DNA of 30,590 nucleotides from an archaeon (GTDB lineage Archaea; Asgardarchaeota; Thorarchaeia; Thorarchaeales; Thorarchaeaceae): NCBI GenBank assembly GCA_024275415.1, contig JAJRZD010000003.1, positions 1 to 30,590 of the forward strand, read 5' to 3'. Shown piece by piece: positions 25,776 to 30,590 of this stretch (position 1 is its first letter; each line of letters starts with the position of its first letter). The notes under the pieces were generated by a model. It saw only the letters and a program-made list of their open reading frames with translations, ran no database searches and was not told where the DNA came from. The position numbers and the translations under genes were made by a program.

Positions 25776-26948
25776 CTATTTGCAAAGAGGGATTGTGAAG
25801 ACAAAGCATGTGCCCTGCGAATGATCGCCTTCAACAGTGTCCTCTATCTGCAGTTTGCCGCCATAACGCTCGACGATGCGTTTGACGAGAGTCAGTCCAA
25901 TCCCGCTGATATGTTTCCGTGAAGGCTCCGGCTCCAAAAAGATCGATTGCTTCTTCGAGTCATCGATGCCTGGTCCACGGTCAATAATTCGGAAAAGCAA
26001 AGAGTCATCGTCTGTCTTCTCGACTGATACAGTGATACTGACTCTGTGAGAGGGATCGTATTGGATGGAGTTGTGAAAGAGGTTGTAAAAAACATCGACA
26101 AGGAACTCATCGGCAGTGACCAAGTATTCGCCCTCGTTCAGGTTGGTTTCAAAGCTCGCCTCCTTCTGGGGAAATGTGCTTCCAGCCATCTCAATTGCTG
26201 TTGCCAGTGAGAAATATGGATCCACAGCATTCAATTCGTTCGTTCCTTGATCAATGGCCGCAAGCTTCTTCACATGATGGATGATTGCAGCTCCTCTCTG
26301 GCTTTGCAAGAGCGCTGCTTCTACGAAGGGCTCCAAGTCCTTTGGTAGTCTGCCGCTGTGCAGCAGTAGTTCCATGCTCGAAACGATGCCTTGGTGCATG
26401 TTGGAGAGATCGTGTGCCATCAAGTCATTGTAAAAGGCGGCCATTTCCAGTGCCTTTTCCAATTCTGCCTTTGCCATGACTGCGTCAGTGATATCAAGCA
26501 TCGAGATGATGACCATCTCAAGGGAGTCACGGAATTCCTCGGGGACTGACAGGTTAAAGAGGATGTGCCTTGTTTTACCGGTGACGGTAGATATGACAAC
26601 GGTGGACTCGAACCTATACTTGCCTTCCGCAAGCGCCAAGACCTCACCACGAAAAAGTTCCATTGCATCCTCAATCAGGATATCACCAAGGCTACCGAGG
26701 AGATCCTCTTCTTTCTCCACGCCCTGAAGTTGGAGTGTAGCCTTGTTCACACGCTTGATCTGCACTAGATCCGCACACTTCAGGATTGCTTGAGGGTTCT
26801 CCTCGAAATACTTGCGGAAATCGTTGACTCCAGCGTTTCTGAGATCATCTAGATACCGCTTGACCCCTGAGAAGTCCTCTTCCCAAAGTCCCACGGGGGA
26901 GTCTTCAAACAGAGTCAGATAGCGGCTCTCCGATTCATCCCGTTTCAT
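25776..26948 (-). CDS. Cytoplasmic PAS-domain sensor histidine kinase
   Basis: PAS (RYLTLFEDSPVGLWEED), H-box AHDLSN, N-box FYNLFHNSIQY, G1 DRGPGI, G2 GIGLTLVKRIV. Confidence 0.88.
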   Translation of the reverse strand: MKRDESESRYLTLFEDSPVGLWEEDFSGVKRYLDDLRNAGVNDFRKYFEENPQAILKCADLVQIKRVNKATLQLQGVEKEEDLLGSLGDILIEDAMELFRGEVLALAEGKYRFESTVVISTVTGKTRHILFNLSVPEEFRDSLEMVIISMLDITDAVMAKAELEKALEMAAFYNDLMAHDLSNMHQGIVSSMELLLHSGRLPKDLEPFVEAALLQSQRGAAIIHHVKKLAAIDQGTNELNAVDPYFSLATAIEMAGSTFPQKEASFETNLNEGEYLVTADEFLVDVFYNLFHNSIQYDPSHRVSITVSVEKTDDDSLLFRIIDRGPGIDDSKKQSIFLEPEPSRKHISGIGLTLVKRIVERYGGKLQIEDTVEGDHSQGTCFVFTIPLCK

Positions 26949-27092
26949 AATCCCACCTTGTTGATATGAGTAGCACTCAAGTTTGATGATGTCCCTGATG
27001 AATAATCGAGTATATACTTCAAAAAAATCATTCGGATTCTTAAAGAAGACAAGAAACAGGGGGTGAAAAAAAGGGAGGCGCTTGGTAGATAA

Positions 27093-28286
27093 CTACCAAG
27101 CCACATAATCGATACGGAAATAGATGGTGTACCTGCAATCACCAAGGTCTACGCGATAACCTGACCAATACCATCCGTTGCCAACATATTGATGCCATGT
27201 AGAAGCACTCCAATACCATTGGAATACTGGATACTGGTCATCACTATCGATGCTATCTTCTTCCCAAGCCTCTACGCGAACCTTCACACTGCGCCAGTAG
27301 TTGACGACAGAGTAGGTGTACTTGTTCCAGTCTAGGGCGCCAGAGCCGCTTCTGGACCAATATCCATCAGGGGTCTCACCAATTTTGCCGCTACCAGGAA
27401 AGCCTTGGGCAGTCGGGAAAATCCCGTCACCAACGAAAGTCTTGATGTATTCCTCACCTGCGCCTTTCGGCCATGGGTCGTAGTCGTTGTCATAATAGAT
27501 CTCGTCGATGAAGACTGTTAACTTGTAGAGTCCAGATGCAGCAGACCATGTCGTCGAACCTACTTCTCCTGCGATGACAGAAGTGTATTGACTGTGCCAT
27601 AGGTCGTCTGGGGATACGCCAAGACCAAGTGTGCTTGTTTCTGCATCAAGGTCAATCCCGAGGACATAGGTGTAAGCTGCCCAAGCTGCCTCTGAACAGT
27701 AGTATCCCTTGACACCAGACAGGGGGTTCGTTTCCGAAGCGAAGACCTGTTTTGATGTCCATCCCCAATCATAGGCTGGTCCCACGGGATAGCCGTCAGT
27801 CCCGCCCGAAAGCTGTGACTTGAGGAAATTGATGACTGCTGCTCTATCAGAGCTTGTCAGGGGAACGCCATTGCCTTTGAGCACGCGGAGGACAAGAGCA
27901 TCCTCAGCATGTGCATTTACAGCAACATCCCACCGATCATATCCAAATCCGTTGCCCTGTGAATCACTCTTCGTAGAATGAATGACATAGGGGGTTCCAG
28001 GGGCCATCCAAACTTTGTTGGTACGATCCCATATCTGTTCGCCTTGCTGAACCAGTCCACAATAAATCACAGTATGCGAGTAGTCCCCAGGGATCAAGTA
28101 GTCAAAGAATGATCCCGGAGTGCCAAGGATGACAATGTCACCTGGCAGCAACCCACGGTAGCTCACCTGGTTCACCCCGTCATTAGCGAATGCCTCAACG
28201 GGTTGAACTGGGAGCGCCATGAGGACTAGTGCACCGGTCATCAGCACGGTAAGAAGTATTCTATTCTTCCTCCGCAACGCACGCAC
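27093..28286 (-). CDS. Secreted permuted NlpC/P60 (YiiX/YebB-like) papain-fold enzyme with a C-terminal C2-like beta domain
   Basis: Signal/anchor peptide; LLPGDIVI, YSHTVIY (His), AYDW, YYCSE..W.AY (Cys after His, i.e. permuted), SPDDL; Asp-rich C-terminal domain. Confidence 0.78.
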   Translation of the reverse strand: MRALRRKNRILLTVLMTGALVLMALPVQPVEAFANDGVNQVSYRGLLPGDIVILGTPGSFFDYLIPGDYSHTVIYCGLVQQGEQIWDRTNKVWMAPGTPYVIHSTKSDSQGNGFGYDRWDVAVNAHAEDALVLRVLKGNGVPLTSSDRAAVINFLKSQLSGGTDGYPVGPAYDWGWTSKQVFASETNPLSGVKGYYCSEAAWAAYTYVLGIDLDAETSTLGLGVSPDDLWHSQYTSVIAGEVGSTTWSAASGLYKLTVFIDEIYYDNDYDPWPKGAGEEYIKTFVGDGIFPTAQGFPGSGKIGETPDGYWSRSGSGALDWNKYTYSVVNYWRSVKVRVEAWEEDSIDSDDQYPVFQWYWSASTWHQYVGNGWYWSGYRVDLGDCRYTIYFRIDYVAW

Positions 28287-28402
28287 CTAAGTTCCAGATA
28301 TATTGCAATATGGGTCTTAAATGCTTCCCCTGATTCTTTAAGGAGTGCGTGAAATGAAATGTTTAACGCCAAACGAGTGTCTGTTATAGGCAGGTGGTGC
28401 AC

Positions 28403-28720
28403 ATGGCAGAGGAAAAGCCCAAAGATACAAAGGTCATAGCAGAACTTGTGATTGCCCCATTTGGGGTCGGGACTAGCCTGAGCAAATATGTCAAGGAATC
28501 GGTCAAGGTGATAGACGGTTACCATGGGATCAGAGTTCTCCACACGCCGATGAGTTCGATAATTGAAGCTGATAGTATAGACCATGTACTTGAGGTGACA
28601 AAGGCGGCCCATGAAAAGATGTTCGAGGCGGGGGCTCAAAGGGTGTCAACCCTGTTGAGGATTGATGACCGTCGGGACAAGCCGAGAAAGATGGAAGACA
28701 AGGTAGAGGCGCTTGAGTAG
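28403..28720 (+). CDS. MTH1187/YkoF-family thiamine-binding protein
   Basis: IAELVIAPFG.GTSLSKYV, TPM.SIIE, HE.MF.AG..RV.T.LRIDDRRDK. SD-like aggtggtg precedes ATG 28403. Confidence 0.88.
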   Translation: MAEEKPKDTKVIAELVIAPFGVGTSLSKYVKESVKVIDGYHGIRVLHTPMSSIIEADSIDHVLEVTKAAHEKMFEAGAQRVSTLLRIDDRRDKPRKMEDKVEALE

Positions 28721-28825
28721 CTCCCGCTGCACGATTGGATCACAGTTTTGCTTGACATGACAACAGACGGACAATAGTGTTCTACAGACTGGACACCATG
28801 TTCGAAACTGTGGTCTTAAATCAGT

Positions 28826-29401
28826 ATGGATCTTGATGCAGGTTCGATGGAAATGATAGATAGAAAGTTCCTTGCCGTGGTAATAGTTGTTCTTGCTGTT
28901 GTGGGAATCGGCGGTGCAGCGACCATCCTTGGAACCCCGTTATTGGAACAAGTACCACCTCCAGATGAACTGCCTGGAACCCAGACTATGGCCGTGACCT
29001 CCGGCGATGTTGTGATCTGGGCGGAAGCGGAGTATTGGCAGGACTTCATGCCGCCTGTGGATCCAGATCCTCCGTTCTATGTCTTGATATCCGTTAACAT
29101 AACAAACAATGGAAATACTTCAATTGAAGACTTGAGAGCTCCGAGAGCGACCATCTACTTCAACGGAACATTCACGCCCCTAGTCACACTTGAACTTGTG
29201 CAGACCATTGAAACATTGGTGCCAATAGTCATCAACCCAGGACAAAGCTTCGTGATCACGTACATGAACGACAGGAGTTCTATCTTCTCGCCCACAATTG
29301 AAGCAGGCACTGGGCTCTACTCACGAATCCTTTTCATCTGGGGTGATGGAAATGAGGCCATATTGACCACAGTTCCAGCAGGACTCTCTTACACCTATTG
29401 A
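28826..29401 (+). CDS. Membrane-anchored extracellular beta-sandwich hypothetical protein
   Basis: N-terminal hydrophobic anchor, Pro-rich linker, beta-rich domain with N-glycosylation sequons (NIT, NTS, NGT). Confidence 0.65.
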   Translation: MDLDAGSMEMIDRKFLAVVIVVLAVVGIGGAATILGTPLLEQVPPPDELPGTQTMAVTSGDVVIWAEAEYWQDFMPPVDPDPPFYVLISVNITNNGNTSIEDLRAPRATIYFNGTFTPLVTLELVQTIETLVPIVINPGQSFVITYMNDRSSIFSPTIEAGTGLYSRILFIWGDGNEAILTTVPAGLSYTY

Positions 29402-29583
29402 AAAAATGTGGTGAGTCATACGTTCTCATAAGAGAATTCGGCTGCGAGTCCGTAGCCACCTAGAACCATGATAAGGCACCTTCATAGAGGAGTGTCCAAG
29501 ATCCTAGGCGATTCCCGTTGGAGTTTATGTCCTGATGAGTGAGAATAGCACACTACTGTGCTAAAGAAGCGATTCTCGCTCCT

Positions 29584-29850
29584 TTATCCTTTCCTCCAGA
29601 CATCAACGGTGGACTTTGAGACCTTGAGATAGTCGTAGCTCTCACCTATTTCCTCCTTGAGCTGCGCTTTCTGATCATCGGTCAATCGCACGGCATTCGA
29701 TGTCATCTTTAGTGACCATGGCTTCCCGAAGGGTATCTCGCCTCTTGGGTCGAACTCAATTGTCAGGCGGGCGGGACCAAAACCTGTCAACATCTTGACG
29801 TGTTCTCGCTGTCCCTGCGTTAGCGATAGAACAATCTTCTTCGTTTTCAT
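29584..29850 (-). CDS. Small hypothetical protein with an internal duplicated LTxxQ motif
   Basis: 88-aa ORF with ATG start, divergent from mutY; two copies of LTxxQ+xx(V/L)KxxxGxxxxxL. Confidence 0.6.
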   Translation of the reverse strand: MKTKKIVLSLTQGQREHVKMLTGFGPARLTIEFDPRGEIPFGKPWSLKMTSNAVRLTDDQKAQLKEEIGESYDYLKVSKSTVDVWRKG

Positions 29851-29985
29851 TCAATACCACTGTCCGTGTATTCTCGGGCAAACAGTCCTATAAACCTGTT
29901 TTTCGTCGGGAACGAAAGACATACAACGATATTCTCTAATCGAGAAGTCACAACCCAATCCAGCATCAACAGAGCGCGAAATATT

Positions 29986-30590
29986 ATGAGTGTGGAACCG
30001 GACATAGACCCAGCGAGAGTGGAGTTGTTCCATGATAGGATATTTCGGTGGTGGGAGAACAATAAGAGGGATCTCCCCTGGAGAGAGAGCCCGACGCCTT
30101 ACAGGGTTCTGGTTTCTGAGGTCATGCTCCAGCAGACACAGGTGAGTCGCGTCATCCCCAAGTTCCAAGAGTTCATATTAGCTTTCCCGGACATTGGGAG
30201 ATTAGCTGAGGCTGGAACAAAACCGCTGTTACAGGCATGGAGTGGTCTGGGATATAACCGCCGGGCAATCTGGCTGCGTGATGCTGCAAAGGAGATACAC
30301 CGACAAGGGAAGTTTCCTGAAACTGTGGAAGGTCTAAGAAAGCTCAAGGGAATCGGTTCGTACACCTCGCGCTCCATCCTCATCTTCGCGTTCAACATGG
30401 ACTTGGCCGCCGTGGATACCAATATCAGACGAGTGCTAATCGCTTCCGGTTTCGCAGATGAGCGCTCGAGTGCCCTCAAGTTGCAGCGGATAGCTGAGGA
30501 CATCCTGCCGAGAGGACGAGCAAGTGACTGGCACAATGCCTTGATGGATTATGGGGCTACAGTCCTTACATCATCCAAAACAGGCATCCA
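29986..30590 (+). CDS. mutY: A/G-specific adenine DNA glycosylase (HhH-GPD), 3'-truncated by window edge (not in ORF track)
   Basis: From ATG 29986: WW..NKRDLPWR..PTPYRVLVSEVMLQQTQVSRV, W.GLGYNRRA, L.KLKGIG.YT, AVDTNIRRV. Confidence 0.9.
   Translation, partial: MSVEPDIDPARVELFHDRIFRWWENNKRDLPWRESPTPYRVLVSEVMLQQTQVSRVIPKFQEFILAFPDIGRLAEAGTKPLLQAWSGLGYNRRAIWLRDAAKEIHRQGKFPETVEGLRKLKGIGSYTSRSILIFAFNMDLAAVDTNIRRVLIASGFADERSSALKLQRIAEDILPRGRASDWHNALMDYGATVLTSSKTGI

Noticed and set aside
29532-29590. Hammerhead ribozyme suggested by CTGATGA followed by a stem
   Set aside because: No GAAA follows either possible stem II, so the catalytic core is incomplete. It also does not fit a SECIS core.
1-30590. 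CRISPR array, rRNA or tRNA genes; the many short antisense or nested ORFs in the track (e.g. 929..1525, 19096..19818, 30099..30536)
   Set aside because: No regularly spaced repeats or RNA-gene signatures were seen. The short ORFs are shadows of well-supported genes on the other strand or frame.

Overview
Archaeal genomic window, most likely from an Asgard archaeon (Thorarchaeia-like). This is an inference from TATA-type promoters, tightly overlapping start/stop codons, a 7TM-longin-like fusion and the overall gene content; there is no marker gene to prove it. It has three zones. (1) 1-7000: membrane, signalling and secreted proteins (ICMT-family methyltransferase, wHTH-membrane regulator, two multi-TM sensor-like proteins, a MinD/ParA ATPase with a wHTH partner). 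(2) ~7000-23100: a visibly AT-richer defence island. It carries a divergent DNA-phosphorothioation locus (dndC-D-E-A on the minus strand, pbeA-B-C-D-like on the plus strand), a catalytically degenerate BglII/BstYI-like nuclease, an IS481-family element, a MORC-like GHKL ATPase with a PD-(D/E)XK nuclease, and a Vsr remnant. Several decay marks are visible, including an in-frame TAA in dndA and a doubly frameshifted surface glycoprotein. (3) 23100-30590: an arsR / SAM-methyltransferase::hgcA fusion / hgcB-like operon, an orphan PAS histidine kinase, a secreted permuted NlpC/P60 enzyme with a C2-like tail, an MTH1187 protein, small hypotheticals and a partial mutY. The most striking features are the class I methyltransferase fused to a full-length HgcA-like corrinoid membrane protein with a variant cap helix, and the dnd-pbe / MORC defence island.
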